Below, piece by piece: positions 11,881 through 24,759 of a DNA stretch of 64,000 nucleotides. Origin of the DNA: Ginglymostoma cirratum. Lineage: Eukaryota. The position numbers and the translations under genes were made by a program. Numbering within the stretch: position 1 is the first letter of the stretch; the number at the start of each line of letters is the position of its first letter. The notes beneath the pieces were generated by a model. That model did no database searches. It was given only the letters and a program-made list of their open reading frames with translations, and was not told where the DNA came from. The stretch spans positions 1 to 64,000 of the forward strand of contig JAHRHZ010000221.1 in NCBI GenBank assembly GCA_024137785.1. The letters are read 5' to 3'.

Positions 11881-12519
11881 GTCCTCCAAAGGGATATTAA
11901 TATCTTCAGTGAATAGGAAATTCTACAGTGCCAGAATTTCACAGTAAGACTTCCTCATGTTCCTCAATTTTCCTGGCATTAACTGGCAATGTATCATTTA
12001 TTCTTCTATTCGTTGGCTCTACATGATGTTAACTTTCTGATACAATCAACACCTCCTGGACAATAATCTTGAATAATTTTTCACCATTTTAAACAGAAGC
12101 ATTCTGTTTCTCTATTCTTCCTACAAGCATCAATCACATTTCACCACATTATATTCCATCCACCATTTTTAAAAATAGAATTCACATGAAACAAACAGCA
12201 AAGTAGATGATATGATGGGATGTAACAAACCGTGTTACACTCAGTACCTTCATCATGCAATGTTATAATATCCAGTCCGAAAACTGGCCTCTCCCAGGGA
12301 CAAATCTTCACTGGGTCTGGAAGTGTGCACTGGTCAGGGAACAGAGATTTTAATAAGTCATTGAGTTAGTTTGGAAATCTCTGCTTCAAAAGGATATTTC
12401 ACCACAATATATTCCATCTGCCAATTGCTTCCCAATCAGTGAACCTGTCCATATCTGTTCCCAGCCTCTTTTGTCATCCCCACAGCTTTCTCTCCCACCC
12501 AATGTGGTCTTGTCAGTGA

Positions 12520-13065
12520 ACACAGAACATAGAACTGTACAGCACAGTACAGGCCCTTCGGCCCACGATGTTGTGCCAAACTTCTACCCCAACCTCCACC
12601 CCCACATTATACTATCATCCATATGCCTATCTAATAGCCGCTTAAATGCCCCTAATTTGGCCGACTCCACTACCCTCTCCGGCAATGCATTCCACACCCC
12701 TACCACTCTGAGTAAAGAAACTACCTCTGACGTCTCCCCTATATTTACCTCCACTCATTTTAAAACTATGCCCCCTCGTAATAGCTACCTCCACGCTAGG
12801 AAAAAGTCTCTGGCTGTCCACTCTATCTATACCTCTGATCATTTTGTACAACTCTATCAAGTCACCTCTCATCCTTCGTCATTCTAAAGAAAAAAGCCCT
12901 AACTCTCTCAACCTTTCCTTGTAAGACCTTCCCTCCATTCCAGGCAACATCCTGGTAAATCTCCTCTGCACCTTTTCCAACGCTTCCACATCATTCCTGT
13001 AATGAGGCAACCAGAACTGGACACAATACTCCAGATGTGGCTGAACCAGGGTTTTGTATAGCTAA
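12520..13065 (-). mobile_element. CR1 LINE 3' fragment
   Basis: MRGDLIELYKMIRGIDRVDSQRLFP and (tgttcta)n tail on the minus strand. Confidence 0.9.
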
Positions 13066-13369
13066 ACCTGGAGACACTTTTCCTTTCTCGTATCCCCACT
13101 GGTACTAGCTCACCAACAGAAAATAACCCTGTTTATTGTCCACCGGCTAATCTTCTATCCTCCAGGACACAGCAAAAAAGGTTACACTCAGTATGTAGTC
13201 TGCCTTAACATTACAATGTTATAACATACTCTCAGAAAACTACTTGAGAGAAAAGGGAGGAAGACAGAAAATCAAGAGGTAAACAGAGAGACAGAGAGAG
13301 AGAGAAAGAGCTGTGAAGGCTCACTGAGCTGAATAGCTCTCTGAAGGATGTTACAAAATTCAGAGTCAG

Positions 13370-13600
13370 ATCTACAGTCATTGGACAGTGTGGAGATGGG
13401 ATTTGAAACCTGTAGAGAGGAAGTGTTCAATGGGGACAATGCAGAGGTGGGGGGGGGGTAACTTACCCTGTATCTAACTGCATGCTGTCCCTGTCCTAGG
13501 AGTGTTTGATGAGGATGGCATGTAAAGGAGGATTTACACTGTATCCAGCCCAGAATTGGTCCTGCCCTGGATCTGTACCAAAGGTTGTACAGGGGCATTA
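13370..13600. repeat. Degenerate ~66-bp shark minisatellite
   Basis: Related to the gggacagtgtagagggagctttactctgtatctaacc..tgctgt.cctgtcctgggagtgtttgat units at 24760-26590. Confidence 0.6.
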
Positions 13601-15599
13601 GAAACTAGAAGATTGGGAAAACTTTAAAGGTCGACAGAAAGCCATAAAAAGAGCTATAAAGAAAAGTAAGATAGAACATGAGAAAAATGTTTTGTGAAAA
13701 ACCTCTCCTGAAACTCTCTCTTAAGTTTTGATAGGATACAGGGTAAACAGGGTTGTCTGGACCCAATTCCTTCATGTGAAAGAGATATTGTCTTAAAACT
13801 GAACAATGAGATAAATTAACACACATGGGATTAAAGGGACAGTAGCAGAAAGGATACAATATTGGCTCAGAGACAGACACATGGCAGTGGGATCTTTTTA
13901 AAGATTGGGGTGAGCTATTGACTGCAATCCAATAGAGGCTCTTATCAGGAGCACTGCATTTTCTGTTATATATTAATTACTGGACTTGGGTTTACAGGAC
14001 ATAACTTCAAATTGCAGATGGCACCCAAATTGACAATGGAGTAAACAGGGAAGAGAACAGTAACAGACTTAAGGAGGATACAGGCAGACTGGGGAAATGG
14101 ACTGAGACAGCAAGAGAACAGAAATAGCAAGAACTGCGGATGCTGGAATCAGAGATAACGCAGTGTGGAGCTGGAGAAATATAGCAGGCCAGGCAGCATC
14201 AGAGGAGCAGGACAGTTGATGTTTCTCCAGCTCCACGCTGTGTTGTTAAGAGAACAGAAACACTGAGATGCGAATTGCTGCCTTTTGGAAAATAGACTGA
14301 GTAGATCAGTGCAAACAAGATGGTTGATTGTTGAACAGAGAAAACAGCAGTTTAATTTCTGCTACATTCTGGTTCTCCAAAATAATCAGTCTCTCTTGCT
14401 CCCACCTTCTCTAGGATGGATAGGAATGGGGGATAAACGCTGACCTGGCCAGTGATGCTCACATCCTGTGAATGAATGAAATAACAATCTTTTTACGTTC
14501 CCAATCATTTGCTGCCCTTCCAGACCAACTCAACGTAATTCATATCCCAGGACACCCATATCCCTCTGTACCTCAGAGTCCTGCAACGTCTGCCAGTTTT
14601 AATTAAAGTCTCTTGATTGATTCTTCTTGGCAAACATCAAACTCTCCATTTTCTACTGCATTGCACATTGTTTTACCCATTCACCTATTATCTCCCACAT
14701 TGCTCAATCTTAGACCTCTTACATCCTCTTCATAATTTACCCTCAACCTAGTTGCACCAAGAAAATGTTCAATTTTTAAATGAAAGATTGGCCTGATCTG
14801 ATGTCAGTGCCTTGTCATTTTACAGGAAATTGGCTGCTTTGATGATCTCAGCTTTGTGGGGGATTGGAATTCAGTGATGGATAACTCACTTCCTGACTCT
14901 CCACATCCTGACCACCATCTTCCAGGCAGAACTCAGGAATATGACAGAATACTCTTCACTTTACATGCTGACTGCAGCTTCATCCACACTCAAGATGCTT
15001 GACACAATCCAGGACTTTACAACACATTTGATTGACATCCCATCCAGTTCCTTAGACAATGACACAAAGTGGCTGCAATGTGTGCCATTTGTAAAATTCT
15101 CTGCAGCACCTTGTCAAGGCAGCTTCTTCAGCATTTCCCAAACCTGCGAAACCTACCACGCAGACAGAGGGTAGCAAGCTCCTAATAACACCAGCATCTG
15201 GATATTCCCCTCCAAGGAGCTCATCATTCTGACTTTGAACTATATCTCTCTCCTTCAGTGACACCACGTTAAGGACCTGGAGCTCCCCAGGTGATCCACT
15301 CTCTTGTGTAGTTTCCCCGAAATGGACGCAGCTACTTGGTAATTTGGCGACTATCAAGTGTGGAGCTTGGCTGATTTCAGTGGTGAAATTTTACTTTATT
15401 TTGGGTGTCGCCCCCTGCTGGCTTCAACTTAATGCCTCAAAAACATTTCAGTTTGATGATTGATGGGTTTTCCTTCTCGTTCTCACTGAATGCTGCTAAA
15501 GTGAAGATTTAACAATTTAGAATGACCAGAAACAATGCAGATTCCAAGCTGGGGGTGGCATTGTGGGGGTGGGGGGTGGTGGGGGTGAGCTGTGTAGGT

Positions 15600-15977
15600 A
15601 CACATCCTTATGCTGGGAGGCCACATTTGGAGTACTGCGTACAATTCTGGTTTTCCTGCTATAGGAAGGATGTTGTTTGAATGGAAATGGTGCAGAAAAG
15701 ATTTACAAAGATGTTGCCAGCACTGGAAGATTTGAGGTGTAAGGCTGGATAGACTGGGAGTCTTTTTTCCCTGGAGCACAGGAGGCTGAGGGGTAAAGTT
15801 ATCGAGGCCTATAAAATCATGAGAGGCATAGATAAAATGAATAATCAAGGTCTCTCTAGGGTAGGGGAGTCCAAAGCTAAAGGGGAGAGGTTTGAGGTGA
15901 GGAGGGGAACTTTTTCACACAGAGAGTGGTTCACATATGGCATGAACTGCCAGAGTAAGTGATAGAGGCAAACACAA
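15600..15977 (+). mobile_element. CR1 3' fragment (host; resumes at 19201-19360)
   Basis: aggccacatttggagtactgcgtacaattctgg...gaactgccagagtaagtgatagaggc, continuing atatttaaaaggcatttgg after 19200. Confidence 0.8.
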
Positions 15978-18900
15978 TTTTTTTTCTATTCATTTGTGGG
16001 ATGTGGGTGTCGCTGGCTGGCCAGCAATTCTTGCCCATCCCTAGTTGCCCTTGAGAAGGTGGTGGTGAGCTTCCTTCTTGAATCGCTGCTGTCCTCCTGC
16101 TGTGGGTTGACCCACAATGCTATTAGGGAGAAAATTCCAGGATTTTGACCCAGCGACAGTGAATAAATGGCGATACATTTCCAAGCCAGGATGGTGGGTG
16201 ACTTGGAGAGGAACTTGGAGGTGATGGTGTTCCTGTATATCTGATGCCCTTGTCCTACTAGGTGGAAATGGTCATCGGTTTGGAAGGAGCTGCCTGAGGA
16301 TCTTTGGTGAATTTCTGCAGTGCACCTTGTTGATGGTACAAGCTGCTACAACTGAGAGTCGGCAGTGGATGGTGTGAACGCTTGTGGATGTAGTGCCAAT
16401 CAAGCGGGCTGCTTTGTCCGGGATGATGTCAAACTTCTTGAGTGTTGTTGGGGCTGCACTCATCCAGGCAAGTGGGGAGTATTCCATCACACTCCTGATG
16501 TGTGCCTTGCAGATGGTGGACAGACTTTGGGGAGTCAGGAGGTGAGTTACTCACCACAGTATTCCTAGCTTCTGGCCTGCTCTTGTAGCCACTGTGTTCA
16601 TGTAGTGAGTCCAGTTGAGTTTCTGGTCAATGATAACACCCAGAATGTTGACAGTGGGGGATTCAGTGATGGTAACACCATTGAATGTCAAGGGACGATG
16701 GTTAGATTGTATCTTATTGGAGATGGTCATGGCCTGGCATGTGTGTGGTGCGAATGTCACTTGCCACTTGTCAGTCCAAGCCTGGATATTGTCCAAATTT
16801 TGTTGCATTTGAATATGGATTGCTTCAGTATCTGAGGAGTCACGAATGGTGCTGAACATTGTGCAATCATCGGTGAACATCCCCACTTCTGACCTTATGA
16901 TGGAGGGAAGGTCATTGATGAAGCAGCTGGAGATGGTTGGGCCTAGGACATTACTCTGAGGAACTCCTGCAGAGATGTCCTGGAGCTGAAATGATTGACC
17001 TCCAACAACCGTGACCATCTTCCCATGTGTCAGGTATGACCCCAACCACTGGAGAGTCTGCCCCCGATACCCATTGATTCCAATTTTGTTCGGGCTCCTT
17101 GATGCCACACTTGGTCGAATGCAACCTTGATATCAAAGGCTGTCACTCTCACATCACCTCTGGAATTCAGCTCTTTTGTCCATGTTTGAACTAAGGCTGT
17201 AATGTTGTCAGGAGTTGAGTGGTCCTGGTGGACCCCAAATTGGGCATTACTGAGCAGGTTATTGCTGAGCAGGTACTGCTTGATAGCACTGTTGATGACA
17301 CCTTCCGTCACTTTACCGATGATTGAGAGTAGGCTGACAGGGCAGTAATTGCCCAGGTTAGATTTGTCCTGCTTTTTGTGTACAGGACATACTTGGGCAA
17401 TTTTCCACATTGTTGGGTAGATACCAGTGTTACAACTGCATTGGAGCAGCTTGGGTAGAGAGGTGGCAAGTCTTGGAGCACAAGTCTTTAGCGCTATTGC
17501 CAGAATGTCGTCAGGACCCACAGCCTTTGCAGTATCCAGTGTCTCCAACCATTTCTTGATATCACATGGAATGAATCAAATTGGCTGAAGCCTGGTATCT
17601 GTAATTCTGGGGGTCACTGGAGGGGGCCAAGATGGATCATCCACTTGGCACTTCTGGCTGAAGATTGCTGCAGATGTTTCAGCCTTATCTTTTGCACCAA
17701 TGTGCTGGGCTCTTCCATCATTGAGGATGGGGATATTTGTGGAGCCTCCTCCTCCAGTGAGTTGTTTAATTGTCCACCACCATTCATGACTAGACTTGGC
17801 AGGACTTCAGAGCTTAGATCTGATCCGTTGGTTGTGGAATCACTTAGCTCTGTCTGTCACTTGCTGCTTTTGCTGTTTGGCGTGCAAGTAGTTCTGTTTG
17901 GTGGCTTCATCTTCAGGTATGCCTGGTATTGCTCCTGGCATGCCCTCCTGCACTCTCCATTGAACCAGGGTTGATCCCCTGGCTTGCTGGTAATGCTTGA
18001 GTGGGGGATAAGCTGGGCCATGAGATTACAGATTGTGCTGGAGTACAATTCTGCTGCTGTTGGTGGCTCAGTCTTGAGTTGCTAGATCTGTGCGAAGTCT
18101 ATTCCATTCAGCACAGTGATAGTGCCACAGAACACAATGGAGATTATTCTCCATGTAATGGTGGGACTTCTTCTTCACAAGGACCTTATGGTGGTCACTC
18201 TTACCAATACTGTCATGGACAGATGCATCTGCAGCTGGCAGATTAGTAAGGTTGAGGTCAAGTATGTTGTTCCCTCTTGTTGGTTCCCTCACCACCTGCG
18301 CAGACCCAGTCTAGCAGCTGTGTCCTTTAGGACCCAACCAGCTTGATTTGCAGTACTGTTGTCAAGCCACTCTTGGTGGTGGACATTGAAATCCCCCATC
18401 TAGAGTACATTTTCTGACCTTGCCATCCTCCGTGCTTCCTCTAAGTGTTGTTCAACATTGAGGAGTACTGACTCATCAGCTGAGGGAGGACGGTATGTGG
18501 TAATCAGCAGGAAGTTTCCTTCCCCATGTTTAACCTGAAGCCATGAGACTTCATGGGGTCTGGAGTCAATGTTGAGGACTCCCAGAGTGACTCCCTCCCA
18601 AATGTACACCACTGTGCCACCACCTCTGCTGGGTCTGTCCTACTGGTGAGACAGGACATATCCAGGGATGGTGATGGTGGTGTCTGGGACATTGTCTGTA
18701 AAGTATGATTCTATGTCAGGATGTTGCTTAACTAGATGGGAGATAGCTGTCCTAGTTTTGCCACTAAGCCCCAGATGTTAATGAGGAGGAGTTTGCAGGG
18801 TCGACAGGGCCGTACTATGAAGCACTGTACTATGTACTACGGTTCCCAGGTCGATGCCAAGTGACCTTTTCAGTTTCATTTCTTTGAGACTTTGTAGCGA

Positions 18901-19200
18901 TTGGTACAACTGGGTGGCTTGCATGGATATTTCAGAAGGCAGTTGAGAGTCAACCACATCGTTGCAGGTCTGGAGTCACACTGAGGCCAGACCAGGTGAG
19001 GGTGGCAGATTTCCTTCCCTGCAGGACATTAGTGAACCAGATGGGTTTTTCCGACAACTGGCAATGATTTCATGGCGATCAGTAGATCCTTAATTCCAGA
19101 CATTTTTAAAATCCCACAGTGGGATTCGAACCTGAGTCCCCCAAACATTCACTGGGTTTCTGGATTAATAGTCTCATGATAACTATTAGGCCATCACCCA
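15978..19200 (-). mobile_element. CR1-like LINE with tRNA-derived Pol III head and single EN-RT ORF (no ORF1), decayed
   Basis: A box 19183-19193, B box GGTTCGAATCC 19122-19132; EN begins ~18780 (NIWGLV...IPGYVLSH.DR...GGGT); TTYRPPS; SDHH; AFDIKVAFDQVWH; GVPQSNVLGP; MFTDDCT; poly-A tail at 15978-15985. Confidence 0.85.
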
Positions 19201-20639
19201 CCAATAGTTTCAATATTTAAAAGGCATTTGGAAAAGAACATGAATAAGAAAGGTTGAGATGGCTATTGACCAATGCAAGGAGGTGGGAGTAATTCCGTTC
19301 AGCAAATCTAGTCAGTCTTGACAAGAGGGCCAAAGGATCTGCTTCCATGCTGAATACCTCTGTGACGTGCCACTGAACTGAGCCTTCTCTATTCGAATCC
19401 TATCAATTTCAATCTGGGAAAATCTTCTATCGGGATTTCCCACCACAGAAATTTGAACACCGTGTTCAAAGACATCTCAGCATGGTTGGAATGTCTGAAG
19501 GCCTTCAAGGACAAGGGTGATGGGACATCACTGTCAATCTTCACTGTGAACCACTGCATTCACTGCCATTGCACCAAAACCACATTGTGACCATTCATCT
19601 TTCCAACCCCATGTCCCTAATGTCAATGTGGTCAGATTCTTCATCAGGTACATTGAGGTGATTGGAAACAACACTGAGGTCAATGACTTGTTTAGGTTTT
19701 GGAGCAGCAGGGCAGCAGGTCAAGGAGACCATGAGAACGAATGCTGCAGGATCCATCGTACACCTTTCCTCCAGCTTTACTACTGCGAGGGGTCAGGGCT
19801 TCCAGGTCTAAAATTATAAACACAAGGTGTGTGTTGCACAAATAAATTTGGAGACTTGCTGGTCAGCAGTAAAGCAAGAGGAGGCTGTGGTGCCATGATA
19901 ATGTCACCGGATTAGTATTTGAGAATCCCAGACTAACGCCCTGGATCATAAACAGAAAATACTGAAGAAACTCAGCAGGTCTAGCAGCTTCTGGGGAGAC
20001 ATAAACACAGTGAACATTTCAAGTCCAATGTGACTTTTGTTCTCATTCAATTCCTAATGCATTGAATTGTTCACCTCAAGGGTATAACAATCGATTAGAC
20101 ACTTGTAAACAAACTCCAGACAACACTGCAGTATGCACAGAACAAGTGGAGAATGAAACCAAAACCAAACGGACACACACAATATAGAAATACAGATCAT
20201 ATTTTAAACTATTCATCATTTGTCCCCTTTAGACCCCAATATCTGAAACAACACTGATAAATTATGAACTTCACCTACTCCACATTCTCACAATAGGCAC
20301 TATCTTCACCTGCTGCATTAATGTGTGTTGGACAATCCAGTGGGATCGATGGTAAACTGGATACCAATCCCAGATTCCTGATAGAAATTGGGAAAAGATG
20401 CCAAGCGTCTCGATGTCGTCAGCCAGATGTCCCGCGGACAGAGCCCCAAATATATACACCCGCTCTTCCCCTCAGCTCTTTGGGATTTTTACTGTTAGTT
20501 CCGAGTGGGAATGAGGTTGGGAATCCCTCCAAATGCCCTCTCCACCTGCCCCCTTCCCTTATTCATTCCTCTGTTGTATTCTCCCTTGTCCCTGTGTGAT
20601 CTGGGTGAGTATCCTCCCCCTGAGGCCACCCTCCACAGA

Positions 20640-21260
20640 CTGACTGCAGGAGACTGAAGGAGCGTCACCCGCCGCCCGCGCGACCTCAACCTTTTCAAAC
20701 CGCCAACGGCCAGAGCGCGAGCGGCGCGAGGAGAGGAGCGGGAAAGGAGAGCGACGACGATTGCAGGGTCACCGACCACGTGGGGTGGAGCGGGCCGATC
20801 GACACGCAGCGTCCAATCGCAAAGGGCCGAGCTCGATTAAAGCATGGGGAACGTGCGAGCGAGGCGCTGATTGGATATTCTGCGTCCGCAGCCCACCAAC
20901 CAGGAAGAACCAAGCTCTTCTGTTGCGATGGTGATGTCTGAGGGGGTGCGGCTGAGCTGTTGCCGTTGCAACGGAGGCTGCGGATCGGCTGAGGGTCACA
21001 TGGGGATTGAAGAGGCCCTGCTTTTTTCAAGCCCCCAACGGTTGAAGCGCGAGTGGAAAAGCGATGCTCTGATTGGCGGGGCCGATACCCGCGGGGCGTC
21101 GAGGTATGTTTTATATTTAAATCCCAACGGCCGGAGCGCGAGGTGGCAGTGAGAGCGGGAAACGCTGTGATTGGCGGAGCCCGGAGGAAAAGGTGGGGTG
21201 CGGGTATTTAAACCCCCGGATCCCCTCCCGGAGGGCGGTAGAGCATTGAGGGTGTATAGG
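20640..21260. promoter_or_regulatory. CpG-island promoter with CCAAT, E2F, MYB and CHR motifs
   Basis: Most CpG-dense stretch of the window; CCAAT/ATTGG at 20813, 20870, 21072, 21170; GCGGGAAA at 20738, 21155; CAACGG at 20704, 20969, 21036, 21125; TTCAAA at 20694; CACGTG at 20777. Confidence 0.7.
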
Positions 21261-21919
21261 ATGACGGCGACGAAGAAAATACATTATTATGAAAGAGAGG
21301 CAAAGAGTGGGGAAAAGAACAAGAAGCAAGAGGAAGCAAAATGTCGAAGTTGCACTCATGCGGTGAACTCAACACCCCCCCAGACACTTTCACGTTGTCT
21401 GGCTCAGTTGAATTCATTTTAAAATTCTGGATTCGTTTGTAAGAGAACCAAAAAAAGCACCCATCTTTGAAAAAAAAAACTAGCATGACGTCAGGAAAAT
21501 CAACAGGTGTCCTGAGCGGACAGAACCGGGCCCTCCGCTTCCAGGGCTGCCCCATATGTGACTCCAGTCCCCATGCGGAATTGTAAGGGCTCACCACGGA
21601 GTGACCCCTGGGGAATCTAGAGGGCACAGATTTAAGGTAATTGCCAAAGAAGTAACAGCGACTCGAGGAGCGTGTTTGCCCCCTGTAACACACTCCCTGA
21701 GACTGTGGTGAAGGCAGATTCAGTGGAGCCTTTCAAAAGGAAATCGGATCAGTAAGTGTAAAGAAAAGATTTACAGAATGATGGGGAAGAGGCAGGGGAC
21801 TAGCACTGGCTGATTTTTCTCCTTTAGTGTGACAGCATAGACAGGGAGAGGATGAATGGCGTTCTGTGCTCTGACTGTTCTACATCACTGTAACTCTAAT
21901 CAGTAAAAACGAAGATCAA

Positions 21920-22130
21920 ATCAAATTTCATTAATAATGATCATGGAACTACCTGATAGTCCAAAAATGTCTTTCGCTTATGTTCTTTCACAAAGAAATC
22001 TGCTATCCTGACCTGGTTTGCCTTCATGTGACTCCAGATCCAAATCAATGTGGTTGACTCCTAATTACCCTCTGAACAAGCCAGTTGGGTTGGATCAAAT
22101 GACATGGTGCCCACACCTCAAGAAGGAAGA
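21920..22130 (+). mobile_element. Old SINE body of the tRNA-headed CR1 family
   Basis: aaatctgctatcctgacctggtttgccttcatgtgactccagatcc...aatgtggttgactcctaattaccctctgaa matches 18930-19050 (reverse). Confidence 0.6.
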
Positions 22131-22759
22131 AGATTAAAATGTGAAGTAGTTACTGTAGATCTGGGTGAACTGGAGCTTGGGTTGAATTTTTGAATGGCTG
22201 AATGGCCTTCTCCTGCTCTTTAAATCCTGTTTTCCTCTATCGCACACCCTCTCGTGTTTCTCAGGTTTTGTTGCTTGGTGAAACATGAGCACTATCGGTA
22301 AGATCAGCAATTATTGCTCATCACTAATTGACCCCTGAGAAGGTGCCAGCGAGTTGGATTCTCCAACCCCTGCTGTCCATGTGGTGTACGTACGGACGGA
22401 GAGAGTGTCCAGGGTCCGAATCAAGCAACAGCGTCTGGTGCTGTAGAAGATGATGAATCTCCATAAGTTACCCCCTCAACTACGCAGCTGACAGACAATC
22501 TTGGCATCAGGAATGGAAGGGTTCTAAAACTGTAGCAATGGTGTAGGTGAAGGGTGTGCCCTCAGAATCTTGGAAAGAAGGGGGATGTGGCTTGGGGCAG
22601 TCAAAACAATTTTTCCTTGATTGCTAGTAAAGTAAATCAGATTTTCAGATAATTTGAGTGTTATTATAAATGAAGTAGTATTTCCTTATTCTTCAAATTG
22701 ATGATGTAAATGAATAAACGTGTTGAGAGATACTGGAGCAAGTCAGTCACTGATGCAGG

Positions 22760-24430
22760 GTGGTGATATAATTTGTCTTCCAGAGGTGTCAATGTAGGGA
22801 AAATATAAATTGGAGGTATATGCAGAGAATACAAACTGGTCCCATTACGGAGAGAGATTGAGCAGTTAGGCCTACACTCTTCCAAGTTTAGAAGAATGAG
22901 AGGAGATCTATTTGAGGTATATTAGATATTAGAGAATATTAACAAAGTAGACGTTGAGAGGGTATTTTCCCTTCTGGGGCAATGTAGAGCAAGAGGTCAT
23001 AATTTTAGAAGAGACAGTAGATATGGGGTATGCAGGGTAGATTGATCTCAGTAGGATAATAGGTTGGCACAACATCGTGGGCTGAAGGGCCTGTACTGTT
23101 CTATGTTGTATGTTTGAATGATTAGTGCCTGGTATCTATTAGCATATCTCAGGAATTATTGTTGGGTCTCTTATTGTTTACGTGATATATATAGAATGTG
23201 GAGGAGATGGTAAGTAAATTTGGAAATGGCACCAAGATTGGCTGGATGGTTGACAGTGAAATTGAAGGTCTCAGGTTATCAGAGGATATAAGGTAAAGTC
23301 ACCATAGTGTTCTCAGACCATAAGGCTACTCTCTCATTAGAAAGAGATGATTGAGATGCAAAGTTTATGAACAGATTGTCAGATGGGTAGATCAGCGACA
23401 GATACAATTTAACCCTAATGAAACAGGTGATGCACATCGGAAGAAATAACAAGACAAGGAAATACTCAATGAAAGGCAGGATATTCGGAAGCTCAGAGAA
23501 TGAAAGGGATCTTGGGTGCTTGTCCACAAATCCCTGAAATTGGCAGGGATTTTTGTTAAGCAGGCAGGCGAGACAGTTCCTTTATCAATCAAGGTGTAGA
23601 TTTAAGAGTAGGGACGTCATCTTGGAACTTTAGAGAACTTTGGTTAGGCCACAGCTGGAGTACTGTGTGCGCTTCTGGTCACCACCATATAATAAGGATG
23701 TGATTGCACTGGAGCTTCACCAGGATGTTGCCTGGGATGGATCTTGAAAGAGAGGTTGGATAAACTTGGGTACTTTTCTTTGGAGCAGAGCAGATATGAG
23801 GGGCACACCTGATAGCTGTGGATAAGATTACAGTGCATGGGAAGGGTGGACAGAAACTAGCTCTTCAAAGGTCAAGGGGTCACACTTTTCTGCTGGAAGG
23901 CAGGAGGTTTAGAGGATATTTGAGGAAAGTGGTTTACACCCAGAGACTTGTGGAATCTGGAATGAACTGCCTAGGTGAGTGGTTGTGGCGGGTAACCTCA
24001 TAACCTTTTAAAGAGGACTTGGATAAGCACTTGAAATGTCATGATGTTCAGAGCTTTGGGCCTAGTGTTGGAAAGTGGGACTAGTACAAATTTACCGCAG
24101 TTTTGGCAGTACAGACCCGATGGGCAAAGGGAGGGCCTCTTCTGAACTGCATGATTATATTCGATGATATAAAACGGGGATGAAGAGGAATAACTTCTCT
24201 CAAAGAGTGATGAATCTGTGAAATTCAAGACTCCTGTGTGCAGTGGATGCAGAGACGCTGAGTGTTGTTAAGAGCACAGACAGATTTTTAATTGATAATG
24301 GATTTAAGGGTTATGGAGAGTGGGTAGGAAGGTGGAGTTGAGGCCCAGATGGGGTGTGCAGTGATTATATTCACTGGTGGATCAGGCGCAAGGGCTGAAT
24401 TGCCTCGTCCTGTTCCTACTTCTAATGTTC
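22760..24430 (+). mobile_element. Cluster of old CR1 fragments
   Basis: agaagaatgagaggagatct, ggttaggccacagctggagtactgtgtgc and CR1-type tails. Confidence 0.75.
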
Positions 24431-24759
24431 TTATAAATTCAGTCCATTTGAACGAATAAACAGACATGACGGTTGAGAACCCTCTGAATTTATAACAGGA
24501 AAACATTATAAATCAAAACTCAAGGCTACACATCTCACTTGCTGTGAAACACCAAAGTCTTGAGCAATACAGCTGGGATGTAGTCAATTCTTGGTTCCAA
24601 ATAAGAATCATATTGCGCACGAAATGTTAATATTGTTTCCCTCTCCACAGATGCTGCCAGGTTTGCTGAGTTCTTTCCAGTACTTTCTCTTTTATGTCAA
24701 AACCCTTAGCCTTTGCTATTTCCAGTGCCTTCAATAACTTGTAGACTGTATTCTTCTAG

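Noticed and set aside
20840-20975. MHC-type X-Y box module in the CpG island
   Set aside because: RFX-like matches are imperfect and not at the fixed spacing from a Y box, and there are no MHC exons nearby.
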